A DNA stretch of 64,000 bases from a bacterium. GTDB lineage: Bacteria; UBP6; UBA1177. Positions 38,323 through 46,686 of the stretch are shown here, one piece after another. Within the stretch, counting starts at the first letter, position 1; each line of letters opens with the position of its first letter. The notes beneath the pieces were generated by a model that was given only the letters and a program-made list of their open reading frames with translations, was not told where the DNA came from and did no database searches. Location of the stretch: positions 2,045 to 66,044 of the forward strand of contig JAGCNV010000057.1 in NCBI GenBank assembly GCA_017645765.1, in the 5' to 3' direction. The position numbers were made by a program, and so were the translations under genes.

Positions 38323-40373
38323 TGCCAAACAGATGTTTATATATATCCGCTTTTAAAGAATTTTTGGATGCAGATCCTTTATCAATTCTTGGAACAATCA
38401 ACAGCAATTATCATGGAGAGACATTAACAACTACCATTGAAGCATGGGCGTCAGAAATTGATTTGTTGCAAAACATTCTAACACCATGGAAATATGAGAA
38501 TGCACAGATTGTGTTTGAATACGAAATTCCAAGACTTGGCAAACGAATAGATGTAATTCTTTTGCTTCGAGGCATAATATTTTGTCTTGAATTTAAAATA
38601 GGCCAAAAAACTGCATTACAAGCAGATTTAGAACAGGTTATGGATTATGCTCTTGACTTAAAAAATTTTCACAAATTTAGCCATGATAAAGTCATTGTAC
38701 CAATATTAATTCCAACGCAGCACAATAAAACGACAGAATCCTTTCAACCATCTGTATATAATGACAAAATTTATAACACTTTAATATCTGGATCAACTGA
38801 ATTACAATCGCTAATAAATAATGTTCTTTCGCATGAAAGAGCTTTTAATTCATCAATTACAATTGAGAATTGGATAATTAGTCCTTACGCTCCGACACCA
38901 ACCATTATTGAGGCGGCAAAAGCTCTCTATGAAAATCATTCAGTGGAAGATATTACAAGACATGAAGCAGATAAAGTATCTACAGATAGAACTATTAATT
39001 ATATTTTGAATGTTATTCAGGAGAGCAAAGAGGAACAAAAGAAATCCATTTGCTTCGTCACAGGCGTTCCTGGCGCCGGCAAAACATTGGTTGGACTTAA
39101 TGTCGCTGTTCAACAAGAATCCAATGAAGATTTAGCAGTTTATTTATCAGGAAATGGTCCATTAGTTGCAGTTCTTACCGAAGCTCTGACACGCGATAAA
39201 CAAGCTCAAGAAAAAGCACGAGGAATAAAAATAACTAAGAAAACTGCCGAAAGTGAAGTTAAGCGTTTTATCCAAATCATCCATCGTTACCGCGATAATA
39301 TGCTTAACAAAGTTAAACTGGTGGATGGCGAACTGAAAATAGATCCGACAAAAGAATTGAAAGACAAATTCGCTGGTTATGGTGAAGTAGAAAACATTGC
39401 CATATTCGACGAAGCCCAGCGTTCGTGGGACAAAGAACATATCGCTTCTTGGCTTAAACGGAAGAAGGGTTTTGCTGATTTTCCGATGTCGGAAGGCGAA
39501 TTTCTCATTTGGTCACTTGATCAACGCAAAGATTGGGCCGTAATAGTTTGCCTTGTAGGTGGTGGTCAGGAAATAAATACCGGAGAAGCCGGTATTGGCG
39601 AATGGATTCGTGCTCTAAATGAGACATTTCCAGATTGGCAGGTTTATATTTCCAGTCAATTAACAGCCAAAGAATACGCAGAAGGAAAAGTTGAAGAGTT
39701 ATTGCAAAATAATCCTCATGTTATTTATTCTGATGACTTACATCTTGCTGTATCTATGCGGAGTTTCCGAGCAGAAAGTTTATCAAATTTAGTCCATAAT
39801 TTGTTAGATGGAAATATTAGTAAGGCTCGTGAAATATACAATTCTATTGCAGACCGATATCCTATTGTCCTGACGAGAGATCTTAAAAAAGCAAAGGATT
39901 GGCTAAAACAAAAAGCGAGAGGCCATGAAAGATATGGAATGGTCGTTTCTTCAAAGGCTTATCGTTTAAAACCACTTGCTATCGATGTGCGTTGCAAACC
40001 TGACACTGTCCACTGGTTTTTGGATGATATCAATGATGTTCGTTCGTCTTTATTTCTGGAAGATGCCGCAAGCGAATTCGATATTCAAGGCCTTGAATTA
40101 GATTGGACTTGCCTTGTCTGGGATGGTGATTTGCGCCGAAACAAAAATTCATGGGAATATTATGAGTTCAATGGCGGCTGCAAATGGAACCGCATAAACA
40201 AAGAAGAACGCAAATCTTATCAACTTAACGCATATCGCGTCTTGTTGACCCGCGCAAGACAAGGAATGATCATTTGTGTGCCTGAAGGAAATCCTGAAGA
40301 TTCAACAAGACTTCCCGAATTTTACGATGGCATTTACGATTACCTGAAATCCCTTGGAATAAAAGAAATTTAA
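38322..40373 (+). CDS. DUF2075 (Schlafen group 3-like) nuclease-helicase
   Basis: N-terminal FEYEIPRLGKRIDV...LEFK; Walker A GVPGAGKT; IFDEAQR; EFDIQGLELDW; YRVLLTRARQG. Confidence 0.9.
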   Translation: MPNRCLYISAFKEFLDADPLSILGTINSNYHGETLTTTIEAWASEIDLLQNILTPWKYENAQIVFEYEIPRLGKRIDVILLLRGIIFCLEFKIGQKTALQADLEQVMDYALDLKNFHKFSHDKVIVPILIPTQHNKTTESFQPSVYNDKIYNTLISGSTELQSLINNVLSHERAFNSSITIENWIISPYAPTPTIIEAAKALYENHSVEDITRHEADKVSTDRTINYILNVIQESKEEQKKSICFVTGVPGAGKTLVGLNVAVQQESNEDLAVYLSGNGPLVAVLTEALTRDKQAQEKARGIKITKKTAESEVKRFIQIIHRYRDNMLNKVKLVDGELKIDPTKELKDKFAGYGEVENIAIFDEAQRSWDKEHIASWLKRKKGFADFPMSEGEFLIWSLDQRKDWAVIVCLVGGGQEINTGEAGIGEWIRALNETFPDWQVYISSQLTAKEYAEGKVEELLQNNPHVIYSDDLHLAVSMRSFRAESLSNLVHNLLDGNISKAREIYNSIADRYPIVLTRDLKKAKDWLKQKARGHERYGMVVSSKAYRLKPLAIDVRCKPDTVHWFLDDINDVRSSLFLEDAASEFDIQGLELDWTCLVWDGDLRRNKNSWEYYEFNGGCKWNRINKEERKSYQLNAYRVLLTRARQGMIICVPEGNPEDSTRLPEFYDGIYDYLKSLGIKEI

Positions 40374-40634
40374 CTATTCTGGCGGTCCAAAATCTCCCGC
40401 AACCGAGAACGCGACCTCAAAAACTACAAAACCTTGCAGGAAGCCGGCTGGAATGTGATCGTTGTCTGGGAATGCGGGCTGAAATCATCCTCTTTCGAAG
40501 AGACGATGGCGAAAGTCATCTCCAAAATCGGCAAAGACCCGCAAAAACCTTTTGAATACCCCGCCCCCGACAGCGGTTTCGCCGTCGCCGCGGAACCGGA
40601 AGCGGAATACAAGGCAAAACCAAAAGAAAATTGA
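40374..40634 (+). pseudogene. vsr: very-short-patch repair endonuclease, 3' fragment
   Basis: FWRSKISRNRERDLKNYKTLQEAGWNVIVVWECGL is the typical Vsr C-terminal half; no N-terminal half seen. Confidence 0.8.
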
Positions 40635-40714
40635 TAATTATCTCATAGCCTTCCTTTAATTTTCAGATATTTCTGCTATAATTGCAGGCTTTTGATTTTT
40701 TTTCAGAGGTAAAA

Positions 40715-41488
40715 ATGGCTATTCCGATAAACATAAAAGATTTGCTGAACAAGCAGAAAATCGAATCGAACAGGATCGAATTTAAGAAAGGTTGGAATCC
40801 TACGAGCATATACCATTCGATATGCGCTTTTGCCAATGATTTCGAAGATCTTGGAGGCGGATATATTCTTGTCGGAGTAAGTGCCAAAGAAAATAGCGGC
40901 TTGGCTATACGCCCGATCGAAGGTCTACTGCTTGAAGAAATAGACAAAATCCTTAAAGAAATGGTTGGCTACAACAACAAAATTTCGCCGTATTATATGC
41001 CGAGAACCAGCGTGGAAGAAGTTGACGGGAAACATCTTCTTGTCATCTGGTGCCCGGCCGGAATCAACAGACCTTATTCAGCTCCTGAAAACGTAATGTC
41101 GAAGACATCCAAAGAACATTTTTACATAAGAAGCGGAACAAGCAGCATTGTTGCTAAAGGCGAACTTCAGAAAAACGGTTCGTCTCGTGCTGTCATCGAA
41201 ACAAATGAAGAACGCTCATTCATCAATATCTTTATCCCGATACATGAAGGTTGCGGTGACACCGTAATATTAAATGTCCCTCAAGATGTCCCTCAAGATG
41301 TCCCTCAGGACGAAGATCTCGACAGATGGATAGAAGAACAGATCTTAAAAGATCCTAATATTACAACACAAAAATTAGCAGAACTTTGTAATAGAAGTTC
41401 AAAAACCATCAAACGCCACATTTTAAAACTTCCGCATATCAAGTACATCGGTAGCGGGCAAAACGGTCATTGGGAGATCAAAAAGTAA
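40715..41488 (+). CDS. AlbA_2 (Schlafen-like) domain protein with C-terminal HTH, probably internally deleted
   Basis: IESNRIEFKKGWNP; ICAFAND; GGGYILVGV; YIRSGTSS; C-terminal PNITTQKLAE...YIGSGQNGHWEI. Confidence 0.75.
   Translation: MAIPINIKDLLNKQKIESNRIEFKKGWNPTSIYHSICAFANDFEDLGGGYILVGVSAKENSGLAIRPIEGLLLEEIDKILKEMVGYNNKISPYYMPRTSVEEVDGKHLLVIWCPAGINRPYSAPENVMSKTSKEHFYIRSGTSSIVAKGELQKNGSSRAVIETNEERSFINIFIPIHEGCGDTVILNVPQDVPQDVPQDEDLDRWIEEQILKDPNITTQKLAELCNRSSKTIKRHILKLPHIKYIGSGQNGHWEIKK
41274..41309 (+). repeat. 12-nt tandem repeat x3 (VPQD)
   Basis: atgtccctcaag x2 followed by atgtccctcagg. Confidence 0.9.
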
Positions 41489-41506
41489 TTTAATTAACAA
41501 TTTCAG

Positions 41507-42916
41507 GTGCTTATAATGAGAAAACTCAATTTTTCGGTTCACTTTTTTCTTTATTCGCTTCTTGCTTATATTTTTTATATAATCTATTTCGTGCTCATCA
41601 AAAAAGTCGATTACTTCTTCGGGCTCTACTACTTCACTCCGGCTTATATATTTGTTTTCATTAAACTTTTTTCGACAGGGATCAAAAAGCTGCCTTGGGT
41701 CGCCCTTTTCGCGCTCATTCCTTTCGCCCTTTCAGTTTTCCTAACTTTTGCCGATCATCCTTTCCAGGGTTGGGAAGTTTCCGGCTTTATCCCGGTAGTG
41801 ATCCTGACATCGTATCTTTTCAAAAGCTCCAAAGGCTCGCCTACCCCGCTTGAAATCAGGGTCATGCCCAAAATCATAAAGTGCTTTTTAGCGATAGTTC
41901 TTTTTTTCGGGATCATCCATTTTTTCAAGACGAAATCGCTTTATGACGCTCTTCTTCTCGTTGTAACGCTTTACTCCCCCGCTCCGATCGCCGCAGCGAC
42001 CGCCCTTTTCATCAATTTCATCGTTACGACGACCGCGGCTTCGGTCCTTCTCAACAACATGAAATTCTTCAACAACGAAGCTAAGATCTCGCGCCTCGTA
42101 TTCGATACAGACAAGTATCTCAACATCCCTCACCTCAACCTTTCAGGGATCGAGACAGTTGAAAGTGTCAAAAAAGAGGATTTCATGCAGATGATCGCCA
42201 GACTCAATCAGGCTGCCGAAAACGATCCTGAACAGACGAAAGATATCGGCAAAAACAAATGTTTCTCGCATACTTTCGAAGACGGAAAAACACTCACGAT
42301 GGCGCCGCTCCACGTTCTGATCTCGGAAAAGCACTGCTCGGCTGAAGGACTTTCGATCCCCAAAAAAGACGCCGACAGCGAACACATCGCCCTCGCGGAA
42401 GGCAGTAAAGTCATCGGCTACTACACGATCGACAAGGTAAAACCGGCCGAAAACGCCGCCTTTCTCGAACTTTTCGACAAAAAATTCGGCATAAAAACAA
42501 TCATCGCGAATCCTGTGAAGCCGCAGCTCTGGCAGAATATCGAAACAAAAACTTCGCTTGACGAGATCGAACTAAATCGCGACGATATCCTGATCTCAGG
42601 AGAAGAACACGAAAACACTGCTGCGATCCAGGCGCTCTGGGGCGGAACCGACACCGCGAAAGGGGATGTCTTCATCACCAAACCTTTCATGAAGACACTC
42701 CTCAACTTCATCATCGTTTCGAGGAACATTCCTGAAAAAATCGTGAAAGGGGCGGTTTTCTGCTCGCTCCCGTTCCTCTTCCAGCTTTTTGCGGTATCGT
42801 TCGGTGTCATCACGCCGCAACTCTCGTCAGTCATAGTTCTGACATCGTTTTTCATAACGATCGTCTATATTTTCTACATCAGACCGGTTTCAAAGAACAC
42901 GCTGACGGATAAGTAA
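41507..42916 (+). CDS. membrane protein resembling a degenerate P1B-type ATPase
   Basis: TM layout and P/N-domain remnants align by eye with heavy-metal P-type ATPases, but the catalytic motifs are altered (FDTDKYL). Confidence 0.6.
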   Translation: MLIMRKLNFSVHFFLYSLLAYIFYIIYFVLIKKVDYFFGLYYFTPAYIFVFIKLFSTGIKKLPWVALFALIPFALSVFLTFADHPFQGWEVSGFIPVVILTSYLFKSSKGSPTPLEIRVMPKIIKCFLAIVLFFGIIHFFKTKSLYDALLLVVTLYSPAPIAAATALFINFIVTTTAASVLLNNMKFFNNEAKISRLVFDTDKYLNIPHLNLSGIETVESVKKEDFMQMIARLNQAAENDPEQTKDIGKNKCFSHTFEDGKTLTMAPLHVLISEKHCSAEGLSIPKKDADSEHIALAEGSKVIGYYTIDKVKPAENAAFLELFDKKFGIKTIIANPVKPQLWQNIETKTSLDEIELNRDDILISGEEHENTAAIQALWGGTDTAKGDVFITKPFMKTLLNFIIVSRNIPEKIVKGAVFCSLPFLFQLFAVSFGVITPQLSSVIVLTSFFITIVYIFYIRPVSKNTLTDK

Positions 42917-43558
42917 ATGGCTGAAAAAAAGTTCTCGAAAATCATCACTCCAATACTGCTTCTCGCCGCGATCTCGGTTTTGTCGTTTTTCATGAACAAA
43001 TACCGCTTCGGCGCAAGGCACTTCATATTTCCGGCGGCGCTTTTCATCCTCCCCCTCCTTTTCGACAGAACTTTCAGGCCGAAAAAGCTCTTTATACCGT
43101 CGAAAGAAGGCTTGAAACTGTTTTTGTGGGTCACTGCGGCGACTTTGGTCTTCTATCCGCCGCTATTTTTCGCATACAACATCACCTTTCTGCACCGTAC
43201 ACTCGCATCTCCTACGACTCAGGAACTTATGCGGGCTGTGACAAAAGGACTTATCGCTATTGCAGTCGCAGCGATCCCCGAAGAATTCTTTTTCCGCGGA
43301 TATATTCAGGAGCATGTTTTTGCCGGTTTCGACAAAAAGATCCTGAAAATAATCTCACTCAAAAACCTCTTCACATCGCTTCTTTTCGGGCTTGTCCACG
43401 CACTGGCATTTCTCGACATAACGCGGGCGGCGACCTTTTTTCCGTCGCTTCTCTTCGGGCTTTTCACCGAAAAAAGCAGAGGAAGGATCTTTTACAGCAT
43501 CTCTTACCACGTCGTTTCGAACATATTAGCTTTCATTCTTTGGACATTTATAAAATAA
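42917..43558 (+). CDS. CPBP family intramembrane glutamic endopeptidase (myxosortase-like)
   Basis: PEEFFFRGYIQ; FGLVH; RAATFFPSLLFG; H..SN. Confidence 0.85.
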   Translation: MAEKKFSKIITPILLLAAISVLSFFMNKYRFGARHFIFPAALFILPLLFDRTFRPKKLFIPSKEGLKLFLWVTAATLVFYPPLFFAYNITFLHRTLASPTTQELMRAVTKGLIAIAVAAIPEEFFFRGYIQEHVFAGFDKKILKIISLKNLFTSLLFGLVHALAFLDITRAATFFPSLLFGLFTEKSRGRIFYSISYHVVSNILAFILWTFIK

Positions 43559-43569
43559 TGGAGGGAATC

Positions 43570-44409
43570 ATGGAAAAACTGAAAAACGCGGCTTCATACA
43601 TCGCCGGGAAAGTCAAAGAGAAAAATCTCGAAATGCCTGAACTGCTCATAACTTTGGGGAGCGGACTCGGCGCTTTTGCAGAAAATGCGGAACAGAAACT
43701 CGTCATTCCTTACAGTGAGATCCCTGATTTTCCGTCATCGACCGTAGCCGGTCACAAAGGAAGACTGATCCTTGCTTCCGACAAAGATTCCGGCAGAAAT
43801 TTCTGGATAATGCAGGGCAGGATCCACTACTACGAGGGTTATTCGATGGAAGCTGTCGTTTTTCCGCTGCGCACCCTGATCCTTCTCGGGATCAAAAAAT
43901 TCGTCGTCACGAACGCTGCCGGAGGCATAAACAGGAACTTTGATGCAGGCGATTTCATGATAATCCGCGACCACATAAACCTGATGGGGACGAATCCTCT
44001 CATCGGCAGAAACAAAGACGATTTCGGTCCGCGTTTTCCCGATATGACGAGCGCATACAGCCGCAAAATGGCGATACTCATGCAAAAAGCGGCGATGGAA
44101 CACGGGATCTCGCTCAAAGAAGGTGTTTACATCGCTTTGACGGGGCCGACCTACGAAACACCGGCTGAGGTAAGGATGCTCGCAACACTTGGCGCGGATG
44201 CAGTCGGAATGTCGACTGTTCCTGAAGTCATCGCGGCAAAACACGCGGGGATCGAAGTTTCAGGGATAAGCTTCATCTCGAACAAAGCAGCTGGACTCTC
44301 GGCGACACCGCTTTCACACGAGGAAGTGAGTGAAAACGCGGCAAAAGCAGAAAAGCAATTCTCAGCCTTCATGAAACGTTTTATCTCTTTGGTTTTAGAG
44401 GACAAATGA
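43570..44409 (+). CDS. punA: purine-nucleoside phosphorylase
   Basis: LGSGLG; STVAGHKG; QGRIHYYEG; TNAAGG; GPTYET; VGMSTVPE. Start set at the ATG after GGAGGG. Confidence 0.95.
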   Translation: MEKLKNAASYIAGKVKEKNLEMPELLITLGSGLGAFAENAEQKLVIPYSEIPDFPSSTVAGHKGRLILASDKDSGRNFWIMQGRIHYYEGYSMEAVVFPLRTLILLGIKKFVVTNAAGGINRNFDAGDFMIIRDHINLMGTNPLIGRNKDDFGPRFPDMTSAYSRKMAILMQKAAMEHGISLKEGVYIALTGPTYETPAEVRMLATLGADAVGMSTVPEVIAAKHAGIEVSGISFISNKAAGLSATPLSHEEVSENAAKAEKQFSAFMKRFISLVLEDK

Positions 44410-44810
44410 AGAAAGAAATATTTGAAAAAGCACTTTCCTCCGCGCTCGAAGTGAGAAAAAACGCCTACGCGCCTTATTCCAATTTCGCAGTCGGAGCGGC
44501 GATCGTAGCAACAGACGGAACGATCTTTACCGGAGTCAACGTCGAAAACTCCTCTTTCGGAGCGACCAACTGCGCAGAAAGAACCGCTCTTTTCTCGGCA
44601 GTTACGGCAGGATACCGCGATTTCGAGGCGATTTTCATTGCGTCGAACTTAAACGGCAAAGCAGTTTTCCCCTGCGGGATCTGCCGCCAGGTTTTGGCCG
44701 ATTTCAACCCGAAAATGCGCGTAATTTTAATCAACAGCGAAACCAAAAAAATCGAGCAGGATCTTCTTCTATCCGATATTTTCCCCGGCGTTTTTGAATT
44801 CGGGAAATAG
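44406..44810 (+). CDS. cdd: cytidine deaminase
   Basis: AYAPYSNFAVGAA; GVNVEN; CAER; PCGICRQ. Confidence 0.95.
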   Translation: MKKEIFEKALSSALEVRKNAYAPYSNFAVGAAIVATDGTIFTGVNVENSSFGATNCAERTALFSAVTAGYRDFEAIFIASNLNGKAVFPCGICRQVLADFNPKMRVILINSETKKIEQDLLLSDIFPGVFEFGK

Positions 44811-44912
44811 TCCACAAGTGCTGGAAAATCAGTAGAGACAAGTGAGATGACGACAATTCTCAACAATTTCAGATGTGTTTTTGACTAACTATAAAAAAAA
44901 TCAAATTTAAAG

Positions 44913-44940
44913 TTGACTTTTTAAAATAAATGACTAATAT
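44913..44940 (+). promoter_or_regulatory. promoter of the type III TA locus
   Basis: TTGACT, 16-nt spacer, TAATAT, just upstream of the antitoxin units. Confidence 0.55.
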
Positions 44941-44949
44941 TCCTGCTCA

Positions 44950-45020
44950 GTGGTAACGCTCTACCCTGAAGAGTATTTATACGTGACTACTCTTGGTCTT
45001 GATCAAGAATGTAAACGTGG
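44950..45020 (+). ncRNA. type III antitoxin RNA (ToxI/antiQ-like), two pseudoknot units
   Basis: 33- and 34-nt units each able to form an H-type pseudoknot, located between a promoter and a terminator upstream of a ToxN-like gene. Confidence 0.72.
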
Positions 45021-45053
45021 AAAGCGGCTCAAGAAATTGGGTCGCTTTTTTTT
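45021..45053 (+). terminator. intrinsic terminator between antitoxin and toxin
   Basis: aaagcggctcaa-GAAA-ttgggtcgcttt stem running into a T-tract. Confidence 0.85.
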
Positions 45054-45064
45054 ATGAAGTTGTT

Positions 45065-45568
45065 ATGGGAAAGTTGAGAATATACGAAATCAATCCAGAT
45101 TACATCGACTATCTCGCTTCTTTCATTCCGCATTTGTTCCACAACAAAAAGTCTGATCAGCAAAATGAACGCAAATATATAGGAATAGTTCTTGAAGTAC
45201 ATAATCAAAAATATTTTGCGCCGCTTTCCTCATTCAAAACAAAGCACAAACTTATGAAGGAAGACTTGGATTTAATAAAAATAAAGCATCTGGCGGTTAT
45301 CAATCTGAATAACATGTTCCCCGTTCCGCCTTTGCAGATAGTGAATTTTGACATCAAAACAGTCAAAGATCAAAAATACAAAGCCCTTTTGCAGCGGGAA
45401 CACCGTGTAATCACCTCGTTGGAACAAAAAATCTGTGAAAACGCGGAAAAACTTTACCAATATAAGGTAAACAACGGTAATTCCACACCGCTTGCCAAAC
45501 GTTGTAACGATTTTCTGCTTTTGGAACAAAAAGCTGCTGAATATACCGCTAAAATGGAAAAATCTTGA
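45065..45568 (+). CDS. type III toxin, ToxN/AbiQ family endoribonuclease
   Basis: IYEINPDYIDYL; RKYIGIVL; YFAPLSS.K.KH; INLNNMFPVP; Y..LL..E; CNDFLLLE. Confidence 0.9.
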   Translation: MGKLRIYEINPDYIDYLASFIPHLFHNKKSDQQNERKYIGIVLEVHNQKYFAPLSSFKTKHKLMKEDLDLIKIKHLAVINLNNMFPVPPLQIVNFDIKTVKDQKYKALLQREHRVITSLEQKICENAEKLYQYKVNNGNSTPLAKRCNDFLLLEQKAAEYTAKMEKS

Positions 45569-45706
45569 ACCTCAAATGAGTTCCGGATTTTGTGTAAATT
45601 GACGGCTGCACAATCGCTCAAAAATTGACAGAAAATCACCGCTAAATATGATTAACAGTTTTTAAACCGTTTATGGTTGGTTTATTCAATTTTAATGGAG
45701 GAAATC

Positions 45707-46279
45707 ATGTCACTTAAAGGAACAAGAACCGAAAAAAATCTTCTTACTTCTTTCGCAGGCGAATCTCAGGCAAGAATGCGCTACAACTACTTCGCAAGCA
45801 AGGCTAAAAAGGACGGATTCGAGAAAATAGCTGTTATTTTTGAAGAAACTGCAAATCAGGAAAAGGAACACGCAAAAAGAATGTTCAAATTCCTTGAAGG
45901 CGGCGATGCTGAAATCACCGCAACTTACCCGGCTGGAATGATTTCCGACACACTCGCAAACCTCAAGGCGGCGGCTGCAGGCGAGCATGAAGAGTGGACC
46001 GAAGCTTATCCCGAATTCGCCCGCATCGCTGACGAAGAAGGTTTCCACGACATCGCAGAAATGTACAGAAAGATCGCTGTTGCAGAAAAGCACCACGAAG
46101 AAAGATACAACGCTTTCATCAAAGACCTTGAAGCAAGCGGAATGTTCGCGAAAGACCGCGAAGTTACGTGGCGCTGCCTCAACTGCGGATACATCCACGT
46201 CGGCAAAGAAGCTCCGGAAAAATGCCCGGCATGCGAGCACCCGCAGGCTTACTTCGAAGTTCTCAACACTAACTGGTAA
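45707..46279 (+). CDS. rbr: rubrerythrin
   Basis: FAGESQAR; EKEHAK; EHEE; EKHHE; C-terminal CLNCG...CPACEHP. Confidence 0.96.
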   Translation: MSLKGTRTEKNLLTSFAGESQARMRYNYFASKAKKDGFEKIAVIFEETANQEKEHAKRMFKFLEGGDAEITATYPAGMISDTLANLKAAAAGEHEEWTEAYPEFARIADEEGFHDIAEMYRKIAVAEKHHEERYNAFIKDLEASGMFAKDREVTWRCLNCGYIHVGKEAPEKCPACEHPQAYFEVLNTNW

Positions 46280-46294
46280 TTCCGGGGAACCGAT

Positions 46295-46678
46295 ATGACA
46301 AAAAGGAACGAAGTCTACAAATGCTCACTCTGCGGCAACATCGTAACGGTTTCACACGAAGCGGGCGGAACACTTGTCTGCTGCGGAAAGGAAATGGAAC
46401 TTATGCCCATAAAAACAGCCGATCAGACCATTGAAAAGCATGTCCCTGTCATCGAAAAAACAGCAGGCGGAATCAAAGTCACGGTCGGCTCGTCGCTTCA
46501 TCCGATGATGGACAACCACTACATCGAGTGGATCGAAGTAATAAACGGCGATCTTGTCATGAGAAAGTACCTCAAACCGGGAGAAGCACCGAGCGCGGAA
46601 TTTCCGATGGAATTTTCCGACGAAATCATTGCGCGTGAATACTGCAACATCCACGGACTGTGGGCAAACAGAAAGTAG
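46295..46678 (+). CDS. dfx: desulfoferrodoxin (superoxide reductase)
   Basis: YKC..CGN; LVCCG; EKHVP; HPM...HYIEWI; CNIHGLW. Confidence 0.95.
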   Translation: MTKRNEVYKCSLCGNIVTVSHEAGGTLVCCGKEMELMPIKTADQTIEKHVPVIEKTAGGIKVTVGSSLHPMMDNHYIEWIEVINGDLVMRKYLKPGEAPSAEFPMEFSDEIIAREYCNIHGLWANRK

Positions 46679-46686
46679 GAGAAAAA

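Noticed and set aside
41274-41309. 12-nt tandem repeat as a phase-variation switch
   Set aside because: The unit is a multiple of three, so copy changes only alter linker length.
43126-43569. Apparent N-terminal extension of purine-nucleoside phosphorylase
   Set aside because: It is an alternative frame over the CPBP protease gene; the RBS supports a start at 43570.
44993-45064. Longer start for the ToxN-like ORF
   Set aside because: It would run through the antitoxin unit and the terminator; family similarity begins at ATG 45065.
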